The notes under the pieces were generated by a model. That model was not told the DNA's origin. It was given only the letters and a program-made list of their open reading frames with translations, and did no database searches. The position numbers and the translations under genes are program-made. From an uncultured Acidobacteriota bacterium (GTDB lineage: Bacteria > Acidobacteriota > Thermoanaerobaculia > Thermoanaerobaculales > Sulfomarinibacteraceae): DNA of 64,000 bases. Of this stretch, positions 18,320 through 27,269 are shown piece by piece. The stretch is from contig CAVWAW010000019.1 in NCBI GenBank assembly GCA_963753035.1, positions 67,152 to 131,151 on the forward strand, given 5' to 3'. Each line of letters begins with the position of its first letter. Within the stretch, counting starts at the first letter, position 1.

Positions 18320-18930
18320 GTCGTCGCAGGGTTGAACCGCCAAGACGCAAGAGTCGCAAAGCATCGCAGAAAACAACGCAGAGACGCAGAGGCGCAGAGA
18401 CGCAGAGGTCGGGTCCATCGGTGACGACGGTGTTTTCGTGTTCATCGTCGCCAGCCGGCCGGTCGGTTGCCCTCGTCCAAGGGCCGAGGACCCATGATTC
18501 GAGGTTTCCGAATCAGAAACGCGGCATTTCTGATTCGGAAACCTCGAATCATGGATCGCGCCTACGGCACGACCGCCCGGCCTCCGAGACGTGAATGGTG
18601 TCGTTTCGTCTCAGGGCATCCATTGAAGCCGATGGTGGACGGCCTACATATCTCAAGAATGTGGACAAGGAGCGAGACCCAGGTGGAGCCGACGCGCCGT
18701 AGGCGCGGCGTGCCTGTGAATTGTCTGGGCTGGACGAACGCTGGCGGGCGGATCGCCCAGACAATTCGCAGGTGGTGGCGGTCCGACCGACACCGACTCC
18801 ACCGCCATCATCGGCTGCGATGGATTGCGATGTCTCTGCGCCTCTGCGCCTCTGCGTTATTTATTGCGATGGCGCGACGTTGCGATGACCTCGCGTCCCT
18901 TGCGTCCTTGCGGTTCAAGAGTGATGTTCC
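18320..18930 (+). repeat. E600 element copy A: ORF-less, hairpin-rich element of about 600 bp with long inverted arms (MITE-like or ncRNA)
   Basis: Left arm GTTGAACCGCCAAGACGCAAG...(CGCAGAGR)x4 at 18331-18408. Mirrored right arm ending CTTGCGTCCTTGCGGTTCAAG at 18828-18919. Alignable by eye to 60792-61398 (rc) and 63509-end. Boundaries +/-15 bp. Confidence 0.8.
18493..18553. other. Perfect 27-bp stem / 7-nt loop hairpin (E600 H1)
   Basis: CATGATTCGAGGTTTCCGAATCAGAAA cgcggca TTTCTGATTCGGAAACCTCGAATCATG. Confidence 0.95.
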
Positions 18931-18942
18931 GCTTGGCTCCGG

Positions 18943-18986
18943 ACACAATAAGACCCGGACCTGCGGGGTTGCCGTTCTGGTCCGGG
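18943..18986 (-). terminator. Possible intrinsic terminator of rpmG
   Basis: On the minus strand: CCCGGACC, a 17-nt loop, GGTCCGGG, then TCTTATTGTGT. The loop is long and the U-tract interrupted. Confidence 0.3.
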
Positions 18987-19032
18987 CCTTGACGCCGGCG
19001 CAAGCGCCGGTTGGCGCCCTCCGCGACTGATG

Positions 19033-19194
19033 TCAGCGCGATTCTTTGAAGATCACGTGCTTGCGTACAACGGGATCGTACTTCTTGAGCTCAAGCCGGT
19101 CGGGGGTGTTCTGCTTGTTCTTCTTCACCGAGTACATGTAAGGGCTCTCGGTGCTCTTGAGCTTGACTGTGATGCGATGTCCTTTTTTTGCCAT
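19033..19194 (-). CDS. rpmG: 50S ribosomal protein L33
   Basis: Not in the ORF track (53 aa). Translates as MAKKGHRITVKLKSTESPYMYSVKKNKQNTPDRLELKKYDPVVRKHVIFKESR, with AGGAGG 8 nt upstream. Confidence 0.9.
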   Translation of the reverse strand: MAKKGHRITVKLKSTESPYMYSVKKNKQNTPDRLELKKYDPVVRKHVIFKESR

Positions 19195-19223
19195 ACCTCA
19201 TCCTCCTGACACGAAGCCGCGGG

Positions 19224-19252
19224 AGTTTACACGCGGCGAGAAACGGTGTCAA
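19224..19252 (-). promoter_or_regulatory. Putative sigma70-type promoter of rpmG
   Basis: Minus strand TTGACA (rc of 19247-19252), a 17-nt spacer, then TAAACT (rc of 19224-19229), about 30 nt upstream of the rpmG ATG. Confidence 0.45.
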
Positions 19253-19386
19253 ATTTCACTGGCACGAACGAGGTGCCTCTCGAGACCCGAATATGCTCAA
19301 TGTAATCCTCCATTCTTAGTGACTCATCGCATTGCCTCGGTGGACACTTGCGATGCAACCAAAAATTAAAAACTAAGAATTGAGAA

Positions 19387-22038
19387 CTAGCTTTTCTTCT
19401 TCCGCTTCGGTGCCGCCTTCTTTTTCTTCGCCCTCGGGTCCTTGCCCTGCTCCCGCATCCGCTCCTCGCGCTTGGCGATCAACTCCACCGCCTGATCCAT
19501 GGTGAGGGACTCGGGATCGGTGCCCTTGGGGATCGTGGCGTTGACGGTGCCATCGGTCACATACGGCCCAAAACGACCGGTTTTGACCTGGAGGTTCTCG
19601 TTGCTCTCGGGGTGCGGCCCAATCTCCTTGATCACCGAGGCGGAACCCCGCCCACGCCCTCCTTTGGGCTGTTTGAAGAGCTCCACCGCGTCCTCGACCG
19701 AGAGCATCAGGCTGTCATGGTCTGGCAATGAGCGGTTGTCCTTGCCCATGGAGATATAGGGTCCGTACCGGCCCACCAAGGCGGTGATGATTTCGCCGGT
19801 TTCCGGGTGTGGTCCGACCTCCCGGGGGAACGACAGGATCTTGACCGCATCTTCGAGGGTGACGTTTTCAATGGTCATCCCTGGCCACAGGCTCGCCATC
19901 TTTGGTTTGGTGTCGCCGCCGTTCTCACCGAGCTGGACGTAGGGGCCGTAGCGGCCCTCCTTGATGTGGATGGCCTCGCCCGTTTCGGGGTATTTGCCGA
20001 CCACGCGGCCACCGGTCTCGGCCTGTGCGATCAAAGCCAGGGCCCGTTCCACCGTCAACTCGTCGGGCGGCAGCTCGTCGGGCACCGTGGCCCGCGCCCC
20101 GTCCTCACCGAGCTGGACATAGGGCCCGAAGCGACCGATCCGGACCACGATCTCAATGCCGTCTTCATCGTTGCCGATGGGGATCTTCGATGCTTCCCTC
20201 GGGTGAATGCCCTCGGTGGTCTCTTTCAGCAAACCCTGGAGCCCCATGCGCATGATTGGACGACCGCCTGTCGCGCTCGATCCACCGAAGTAGAAGTCGT
20301 GCAGCCACGGGATTGGCTCGCGTTCACCGCCGGCGATGGCGTCGAGTTCGTCCTCCATCCGGGCGGTAAAATCATAGTCGACCAGATCCGGCAGGTGATT
20401 CTCGAGCAGATGAACCACGGCGATGGCCGTGAAGGTCGGAATCAGCGTCTGAGCCTTGGTCCAGACATAACCGCGATCCTGGATGGTCTGGATGATGGTG
20501 GCGTAGGTCGATGGTCTACCGATGCCGCGAGCTTCGAGCTCCTTGACGAGAGTTGCTTCGGTGTATCTCGGTGGCGGCTGGGTCGTGTGATCGGTGGCTT
20601 TGACGTCCCCGAGTTGGGGGTGCTGCCCGGCGACGAGCCGCGGCAGAAGCTTCTCTTGATCGGCGACCTCGGCGCGGGGGTCGTCGGAGCTTTCGACATA
20701 GGCGCGGAGGAAGCCCGGGAAGCTGATGACCTTGCCGGATGTGGTGAAGACCGCGGGGCCGTCCTCGCTGGTGGGTGCGGAGATCCGGACATTGGTGCGA
20801 ACACCCTTTGCGTCCCGCATTTGCGAAGCCAGAGTGCGCTTCCAGATCAATTCGTAGAGACGGAACTGGTCTTTTTCGAGACTCGCGGCGAGGCTCTTGG
20901 GTGTGTTGAAGCTGTCACCGGCGGGGCGGATGGCCTCGTGGGCCTCCTGGGCGCTCTTCGACTTGGATTTGTAGACCCTCGGTCGCTCGGGCAGGTATTC
21001 GTCGCCGTAGAGCTCGCTCACCTGCGAACGAGCCGCGGTCAGCGCCTCGTTCGACAGCGTGAAGGAGTCGGTGCGCATATAGGTGATGTAGCCGTTCTCG
21101 TAGAGGCTCTGAGCGACACGCATGGTGCGTTGTGCGTTGAACCGGAGCTTGCGCGCGGCCTCCTGCTGCAGGGTCGAAGTCATGAACGGCGGATACGGCT
21201 GATTGGTGAAGGGTTTTTCCTTGACCTCATCTACTGTGAATGTCGCACCGGCCAGTTCGGCGGCGACGGCGTTGGCCTTGTCGCTGGTCAGAACCAGAAT
21301 CCGGTTGTTCTTGGGTTTGCCCGTCTCGGGATCGAAATCCTTGCCGAGGGCGATCTTGCGGTCGTCGAGCTCGGCCAGGCGCGCCGAGAATTCGGTGCTC
21401 TCGACGGCGAATCGGGCCTCGATCCGGCTGAATCCGCTTTCGATGAAACGCATCCGCGACTCTTCGCGGGCGACGACGAGACGGGTGGCCACCGACTGCA
21501 CGCGTCCGGCCGAGAGCTTCGGACGAAGCTTGCGCCACAGAACCGGTGAGATCTCATAGCCGACGAGGCGGTCGAGGATCCGTCGTGCTTCCTGCGCGGC
21601 GACCAACTCGTTGTCGATTTCCCGTGGGGATTCGAGGGCCTGGGCGATGGCGGCGCGGGTGATTTCGTGGAAGACGAGTCGTTTGACCGGGATCTTCGGC
21701 TTCAGAACTTCGATCAGATGCCACGCGATGGCCTCACCCTCGCGGTCTTCGTCAGTTGCGAGGTAGAGTACGGTGGCGTCCTTGAGCTTCTTCTTGAGCG
21801 TGTCGACCTGTTTCTTCTTTCCACTCGGGACGACATAGAGAGCCTTGAAGTCCTGATTCACATCGACGCCGAGTCGGGCCCACTTCTCTTTTTTGTACTT
21901 TGTGGGGATCTCGGACGCCGCGGACGGGAGGTCCCGAACGTGGCCGATGGACGATTCCACTATGTAGTCGTCACCCAGAAAACGGGAGATGGTTCGGGCC
22001 TTGGCCGGCGATTCGACGATGATGAGTGCGTGCGCCAT
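19387..22038 (-). CDS. topA: DNA topoisomerase I
   Basis: Toprim N-terminus MAHALIIVESPAKARTISRFLG, the active-site Tyr region GYITYMRTDS, repeated C-terminal GRFGPYV/GRYGPYV modules and a Lys-rich tail. Trimmed to the Met at 22038. Confidence 0.95.
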   Translation of the reverse strand: MAHALIIVESPAKARTISRFLGDDYIVESSIGHVRDLPSAASEIPTKYKKEKWARLGVDVNQDFKALYVVPSGKKKQVDTLKKKLKDATVLYLATDEDREGEAIAWHLIEVLKPKIPVKRLVFHEITRAAIAQALESPREIDNELVAAQEARRILDRLVGYEISPVLWRKLRPKLSAGRVQSVATRLVVAREESRMRFIESGFSRIEARFAVESTEFSARLAELDDRKIALGKDFDPETGKPKNNRILVLTSDKANAVAAELAGATFTVDEVKEKPFTNQPYPPFMTSTLQQEAARKLRFNAQRTMRVAQSLYENGYITYMRTDSFTLSNEALTAARSQVSELYGDEYLPERPRVYKSKSKSAQEAHEAIRPAGDSFNTPKSLAASLEKDQFRLYELIWKRTLASQMRDAKGVRTNVRISAPTSEDGPAVFTTSGKVISFPGFLRAYVESSDDPRAEVADQEKLLPRLVAGQHPQLGDVKATDHTTQPPPRYTEATLVKELEARGIGRPSTYATIIQTIQDRGYVWTKAQTLIPTFTAIAVVHLLENHLPDLVDYDFTARMEDELDAIAGGEREPIPWLHDFYFGGSSATGGRPIMRMGLQGLLKETTEGIHPREASKIPIGNDEDGIEIVVRIGRFGPYVQLGEDGARATVPDELPPDELTVERALALIAQAETGGRVVGKYPETGEAIHIKEGRYGPYVQLGENGGDTKPKMASLWPGMTIENVTLEDAVKILSFPREVGPHPETGEIITALVGRYGPYISMGKDNRSLPDHDSLMLSVEDAVELFKQPKGGRGRGSASVIKEIGPHPESNENLQVKTGRFGPYVTDGTVNATIPKGTDPESLTMDQAVELIAKREERMREQGKDPRAKKKKAAPKRKKKS

Positions 22039-22267
22039 AGGATGCAAAGGAGAGCCCAGGCGACCCGCGTTGTCAAGCTCGAGATGCAAGTCATTTTGTA
22101 AAAAGGCGACAAAGGTAAGTCTGTAAATAGTTTGTTTGCATGAACTTAAAGTCGATAAATTAACCCAAAAATCTCTGAATCGAGATTGACTTGGTCGTCG
22201 ATGTCCTCTGCTATCATGCGCCGACATCGCAGCGGACGCGCAAAAATGCGTGCTGGTGGAGGAGCGA

Positions 22268-24904
22268 ATGGCCGAGATTCCCAATAAATACAAACACCAC
22301 GAGGTCGAAGACAAGTGGCGTCAGCTGTGGGAGGAGTGGGGGATCTACCGGTGGGATCCGACCCTGCCTCGGGAGCGGACTTTTGTAGTCGACACCCCTC
22401 CGCCCACTGTGTCGGGGTCGCTCCACGTGGGTCATGTGTTCAGCTACACCCACCAGGATCTCGTCGTCCGTTACCAGCGGATGATCGGCAAGAACATCGC
22501 CTATCCCATGGGTTGGGACGACAACGGGCTGCCCACGGAACGGCGGGTGCAGAATCTGCTCGGGATCCGGTGCGACGCCAAGCTGCCGTACGACCCGGAC
22601 TGGAAGCCTGAGAAGAAGGGGAAGAAGGACAAAAGCGTCGATGATGTTTCCCGGCGCAATTTCATCGAGGCGTGCCGTGTGGTCACCGATGAGGACGAAA
22701 AGGTCTTTGAACACCTCTGGCGCCACCTTGGCCTGTCCCTCGACTGGACCGAACAGTACGCCACCATCGATGATCACTGCCGGAGAGTCTCGCAGCTGAG
22801 CTTCCTCGACCTCGTCGAGCGCGGTGAGGTCTACAACGTCGAGTCTCCGACCATGTGGGACATCGACTTCAAGACGGCCGTGGCTCAGGCCGAGGTCGAG
22901 GACCGGCCCAGGCAGGGGCTTTTCTTTGATATCCGTTTCGGGATCGAAGACGGCGGTGAACTCCTCATCGCAACCACCAGGCCCGAACTCCTCGGCGCCT
23001 GTATCGCCGTTGTCGCCCATCCCGATGATGAGCGTTACCAGGCGCTCTTCGGCAAATATGCCGTCACACCGCTCTACGGTGCACGGGTGCCGATCCTCGC
23101 CGCCGAGCACGCCGATCCCGAGAAGGGGACCGGCATTCTCATGGTCTGCACCTTTGGTGACGCCATGGACGTGGAGTGGTGGAAGCACTCGGGTCTGGCG
23201 CTCAAGCAACTCATCGGCCGCGATGGCTGCATGCTGCCCGCGACCATGGGCGCGGCGCCCTTCGAGAGTGTCGACGCCGCCGCCGCGCAGCGAGTCCACG
23301 ACGAGATCGCCGGACTCTACGTGAGCAAAACGAAGAAGCGAATCGCTGAGCTGCTCGCCGAGGACGGGAGTCTTCCCGGGTGGGACGGCGCCGCCCTCGT
23401 CGGAGAACCCAGATCCACCGATCAGATGGTCAAGTACTACGAGAAAGGTGATCGAGCGCTCGAGTTCGTTCCCACTCGACAGTGGTTCGTCAAGATCCTC
23501 GAGCACAAAGAGGCGCTCCTCGCCCAGGGCGACAAGATCCAGTGGCATCCGGCGCACATGAAGACCCGCTACTCCCACTGGGTCGAGGGTCTCAATCAGG
23601 ACTGGTGCATCTCGCGCCAACGCTACTTCGGGGTTCCGTTCCCGGTGTGGTACCTCGTCGGTCCGGATGGCGAACCCGACTTCTCACAACCGATCTACGC
23701 GGACAAGGAGAGCCTCCCGGTCGATCCTCTCACCGACACCCCTCCCGGATTCACCGACGACCAACGCGATGTCGCCGGTGGATTTTCTGCCGAGCCGGAT
23801 GTCATGGACACCTGGGCAACCTCGTCCATGACGCCGCAGATTCAGAGTCACTGGGGGACCGACGAGGAGCGCCACAATCGCCTCTTCCCGATGGACATCC
23901 GGCCTCAGGGGCACGACATCATCCGAACCTGGGCCTTCTACACCATCGTCAAGGCCTGGATGCACTCGGGTGAGATTCCCTGGCGCCACATCATCCTCTC
24001 CGGTTGGATTCTCGATCCCGACCGCAAGAAGATGTCCAAGTCCAAGGGCAACGTGGTGACCCCGGATGATCTGCTCGTCGAGTTTTCCTCCGATGCAGTG
24101 CGTTACTGGGCGGCCCGGGCGCGGCTCGGCACCGACACGACCTTCGATCCCGCCGTATTCAAGATCGGTAAGCGGCTCTCGACCAAGGTCTTCAACGCCA
24201 GTCGCTTTGTTTTCATGCAGCTCGAGGGGGCGGTGGGCGATGGTGAGATGCCCGGAGTGGAGAGCATCACCGAACCCCTCGATCTGGCCTTGGTGGAGCG
24301 GATGCGAAAGGTCATCGCCCAGGCAACGCGCGCGTTCGATGCCTTCGACTACGCCACCGCGCTGCAGGTCATCGAGGACAGCTTCTGGAGCTTTTGCGAT
24401 CACTATCTCGAATTGGTCAAGCTGCGCTCCTACACCGAGGAAGACACCCCCGGCCGTCGTTCGGCCGTGGCCACCCTGAGCTGGGCCCTGCGGACCTTTC
24501 TCCGCCTGCTCGCCCCGTTTGTTCCCTTCGTGACCGAAGAGGTCTGGTCGTGGCGGTTTGCCGACGACGATCGCCCGAGTGTTCACACCGCCGAGTGGCC
24601 GCTCGTCGCCGAGGTCGAGGCAGTCTCCGGCCCCGACCACGAGAGCACCTATGAGGCGGCGGTGGAGGTGCTGACTGCGATTCGTGGCACCAAAACAAAA
24701 GCGCAGAAGAGCCTCCGGTGGCCGGTGGCCAGGCTTGAAATCAGTGGCCCCGAGGAGGATCGTGGTGCGCTGGCTCCGGTTCTCGAGGATGTTCTTCGAG
24801 CCGGCAATGTGGACGCCGATGTGGTCAGTTTGAGCGACGGCGCGAGCCCGGAGGGTCAACGCTTTGTGGTGATGGTCGAACTCGCGGAGGAAATGCCGGA
24901 ATAG
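22268..24904 (+). CDS. valS: Valine--tRNA ligase (short form lacking the C-terminal coiled coil)
   Basis: PPTVSGSLHVGH (HIGH-type), KMSKSKGN and an editing domain. The ATG at 22268 has GGAGGAG upstream. Confidence 0.95.
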   Translation: MAEIPNKYKHHEVEDKWRQLWEEWGIYRWDPTLPRERTFVVDTPPPTVSGSLHVGHVFSYTHQDLVVRYQRMIGKNIAYPMGWDDNGLPTERRVQNLLGIRCDAKLPYDPDWKPEKKGKKDKSVDDVSRRNFIEACRVVTDEDEKVFEHLWRHLGLSLDWTEQYATIDDHCRRVSQLSFLDLVERGEVYNVESPTMWDIDFKTAVAQAEVEDRPRQGLFFDIRFGIEDGGELLIATTRPELLGACIAVVAHPDDERYQALFGKYAVTPLYGARVPILAAEHADPEKGTGILMVCTFGDAMDVEWWKHSGLALKQLIGRDGCMLPATMGAAPFESVDAAAAQRVHDEIAGLYVSKTKKRIAELLAEDGSLPGWDGAALVGEPRSTDQMVKYYEKGDRALEFVPTRQWFVKILEHKEALLAQGDKIQWHPAHMKTRYSHWVEGLNQDWCISRQRYFGVPFPVWYLVGPDGEPDFSQPIYADKESLPVDPLTDTPPGFTDDQRDVAGGFSAEPDVMDTWATSSMTPQIQSHWGTDEERHNRLFPMDIRPQGHDIIRTWAFYTIVKAWMHSGEIPWRHIILSGWILDPDRKKMSKSKGNVVTPDDLLVEFSSDAVRYWAARARLGTDTTFDPAVFKIGKRLSTKVFNASRFVFMQLEGAVGDGEMPGVESITEPLDLALVERMRKVIAQATRAFDAFDYATALQVIEDSFWSFCDHYLELVKLRSYTEEDTPGRRSAVATLSWALRTFLRLLAPFVPFVTEEVWSWRFADDDRPSVHTAEWPLVAEVEAVSGPDHESTYEAAVEVLTAIRGTKTKAQKSLRWPVARLEISGPEEDRGALAPVLEDVLRAGNVDADVVSLSDGASPEGQRFVVMVELAEEMPE

Positions 24905-25043
24905 GTCAAATACTGACGAGCTCCGACCTCGGCTTCGCCGGGGTCGTTTCCCGCCAGAATTTGAAATGAGGACTGATGGGCCGCGACTCGAGCCCGTGGT
25001 AATGTTTCGGTGATGCGATAGATCACGATGGAGGAATCCCGCA

Positions 25044-25607
25044 ATGAACCCGCGATGGAATGTCAGATTGTCTCTCACAGGATTGATGGTGCTGACGGCG
25101 ATGATGGTACTCGCCGTTCCCGGGGCCTACGCCCAGGAGGAGCCGACCCCGGTTCCCGAACCGGCCCAGGAGGAGCCCGCCGCTGCGGCCGCCCAGGAGG
25201 AGCCGGAAGCTGCGGCTGAGCCTGCTGCTGCAGCCGTGCCGGCGGCGGCCGCCCCCGCCGAGGAGGCAGAGCCTCCGGTGGCGGCAATTCCCATCATCTA
25301 CCGCAAGCAAACCCTGATCAAGATCGACGGTAAGGCCCAGGCCAATGGTGTGGTCGAGTTTGTCGTCCAGCCGCAGGGTGGAGATCCGGTCAAGGTCAGG
25401 GTCAACGTGCTGGCCAAATCCAAACCCAAGGCAATCACCAGCGATGTGCTCAAAGAGCTCGACTTCGCCATCGACGAGCGCTACAAGGTGAATCGATCGG
25501 GCGATCAGAAGATCACCGTCAAGGTGGTCAAGAAGAATCCGCCCATCGCCATCACCGTCAAAACCCAGAGCCTTTCGGGTGTGTCGGTGACGGTGGGGAA
25601 CGGCTGA
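25044..25607 (+). CDS. Secreted hypothetical protein with an Ala/Glu/Pro-rich linker
   Basis: Signal peptide (LMVLTAMMVLAVPGAYA), a low-complexity AQEEPAAAAA region, then a beta-rich C-terminal domain. GGAGG RBS. Confidence 0.6.
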   Translation: MNPRWNVRLSLTGLMVLTAMMVLAVPGAYAQEEPTPVPEPAQEEPAAAAAQEEPEAAAEPAAAAVPAAAAPAEEAEPPVAAIPIIYRKQTLIKIDGKAQANGVVEFVVQPQGGDPVKVRVNVLAKSKPKAITSDVLKELDFAIDERYKVNRSGDQKITVKVVKKNPPIAITVKTQSLSGVSVTVGNG

Positions 25608-25611
25608 GATC

Positions 25612-26142
25612 GTGCGGGCCGCTCGCATTCGGCTCGTGATCCCGCTCGTGATCGCGGCCCTCGGAGCGCTGGGTTGTTCCGCCTCGGATCCCCAGACCGA
25701 GCAGCTTGAGGTTGTGCCGGTCACGACGCTGGACGAAATTGATCAAACCGAGGAGGCTGCGTCCGCTCAGGTCGCCTCCCACGTTCCCAGCGCTACTGAG
25801 CTTGCTGGTGAATGGCTACTGGAGGATCTCGGCGGCCGAGGGGTCATGGATATGGTCCAGACGACACTCGCCTTCGACGGCGAGGGCCGGGTTTCGGGCA
25901 GTGGCGGATGCAATCGTTTTACCGGAAGCTATACCTTCACCGACGGCAGGCTTTCTTTCAGTCCGCTTGCGGGCACGAAAATGATGTGTCCGGAGGCGGT
26001 GATGGATCAGGAAGACCGATTCCAGATGGCGCTCGGGGCCATCGACCGCGTGGCCGTGGATGGACCCTTTCTGCTGCTTTACGCCGGAGGTTCGGACGCG
26101 CCGCTCAAGTTCACCAGGATGGCGCCGGTCGTCAGCGACTGA
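25612..26142 (+). CDS. META-domain (HslJ-like) lipoprotein
   Basis: Lipobox LGALGC. META core GSGGCNRFTGSYTFTDGRLSFSPLAGTKMMCPE...MDQEDRF. Confidence 0.8.
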   Translation: MRAARIRLVIPLVIAALGALGCSASDPQTEQLEVVPVTTLDEIDQTEEAASAQVASHVPSATELAGEWLLEDLGGRGVMDMVQTTLAFDGEGRVSGSGGCNRFTGSYTFTDGRLSFSPLAGTKMMCPEAVMDQEDRFQMALGAIDRVAVDGPFLLLYAGGSDAPLKFTRMAPVVSD

Positions 26143-26170
26143 GAGTTCGCTCCGATTTCGCGATGGGAGG

Positions 26171-26203
26171 GGTGCCAGGCAGGCGGTCTGTTGCCTGTGC
26201 ACC
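26171..26203. terminator. GC hairpin between convergent genes (possible bidirectional terminator, no U-tract)
   Basis: GGTGCCAGGCA ggcggtctgt TGCCTGTGCACC, one bulge. Confidence 0.25.
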
Positions 26204-26232
26204 GAGCCCGCGCTCTGTGAATATTTGAGTGA

Positions 26233-27237
26233 CTACAGCCTTACGAGCATTTTGCCCGTGTTTGCCCCACTGAAAAGCCCGATGAATGCCGCCGGGGCGT
26301 TTTCGAGACCGTCGTAGACGGTTTCGGTCCAGCGGATCTGTTTGCTGGCGATGAGTCCGGCCATCTCGGCTTGGAATCTCGGCTCGAGTTCGGCGTGGTC
26401 AAAGGCGATGAAACCGCGCATGGTCAACCGCTTTGTGATCGCGACGATGAGCGAGCTCGGACCGGCGGGCGGGTGTTCAGCGTTGTACTGGCCGATCATC
26501 CCGCACATGACAACCCGGCCGTGGTTGCGCATGCTCATGAGCGCCGCCTCGAGGTGATCGCCGCCGACGTTGTCGAAATAGACGTGGAAACCGTCCCTGC
26601 AGATCTTTACAAGTTGACGATAGAGGTGTTTTGTCTTGCGGTAGTTGAAGGCCTCGACGGCGGCGTTGTCCTCGAGCCACTTCACCTTGTCATCGGACCC
26701 GACGCTGGCGACGACCTTGGTTCCCATTCGACCGGCCAGTTGACAGGCCACTGACCCTACCGCCCCGGCGGCGCCGGAGACCAGGATCGCCTCTCTCGCC
26801 TCGAGGCGGGCGATTTCATGGATTCCCAGCCATGCCGTGAAGCCCGGCATCCCCATGACCCCGAGATAGGCCTGGGGTGGCGCGAGATTCGGGTCGATGG
26901 GATGGACACCGTCACCGTTGGCGACAAAACGATCGCGCCACCCGTGATTGCTGAGCACGAGGTCGCCCTCGGCGAGTTTCGGGTGGTTCGAAATCTCGAC
27001 GGTTCCGATAGCGCCGCCGGTCATGGCCTCGCCGAGATGATAGGGATCGATATAGGTCCGGGTCGTGCCCATGAGGCCGCGCATGTAGGGGTCGACCGAA
27101 AGCCACAGATTGCGGACCTGCACCTCGTTGCGACCGGGTCCGTCAATGGTGGTGTCGACGATGGCGAAATCACTTCTCGTTGGAAGTCCTTCGGGTCGGT
27201 TGACGAGGTGCACCTCACGAGACCTGGTGGAAACCAT
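26233..27237 (-). CDS. NADP-dependent oxidoreductase, medium-chain dehydrogenase/reductase family (YncB/CurA/PTGR-like)
   Basis: Rossmann motif VSGAAGAVGSVACQLA and C-terminus NTGKMLVRL, typical of this subfamily. The ATG at 27237 has a GGGAG RBS. Confidence 0.85.
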   Translation of the reverse strand: MVSTRSREVHLVNRPEGLPTRSDFAIVDTTIDGPGRNEVQVRNLWLSVDPYMRGLMGTTRTYIDPYHLGEAMTGGAIGTVEISNHPKLAEGDLVLSNHGWRDRFVANGDGVHPIDPNLAPPQAYLGVMGMPGFTAWLGIHEIARLEAREAILVSGAAGAVGSVACQLAGRMGTKVVASVGSDDKVKWLEDNAAVEAFNYRKTKHLYRQLVKICRDGFHVYFDNVGGDHLEAALMSMRNHGRVVMCGMIGQYNAEHPPAGPSSLIVAITKRLTMRGFIAFDHAELEPRFQAEMAGLIASKQIRWTETVYDGLENAPAAFIGLFSGANTGKMLVRL

Positions 27238-27269
27238 GACACTCCCTTTCGTTGGCGTCGCCGGTTTTC

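Noticed and set aside
18331-18340. The E600 termini GTTGAAC/GTTCAAC fit the integron attC core and inverse-core consensus (GTTRRRY/RYYYAAC).
   Set aside because: There is no integron integrase, no cassette array and no Pc/attI. The elements flank essential housekeeping genes in both orientations. A 7-nt degenerate match is weak evidence.
18380-18408. CRISPR-like appearance of the CGCAGAGR tandem repeats, also at 18830-18856, 60792-60815, 61308-61343 and 63582-63606.
   Set aside because: The units are 7-8 nt with no spacers, there are only 3-4 copies per array, and no cas genes are present. They are microsatellite-like words inside the E600 arms.
22186-22217. Possible sigma70 promoter for valS (TTGACT ... 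TATCAT) in the AT-rich topA/valS divergent region.
   Set aside because: The spacer is 20 nt to TATCAT, and the 17-nt alternative (TGCTAT) is a poor -10. A promoter surely exists in this 230-bp region, but I cannot place it.
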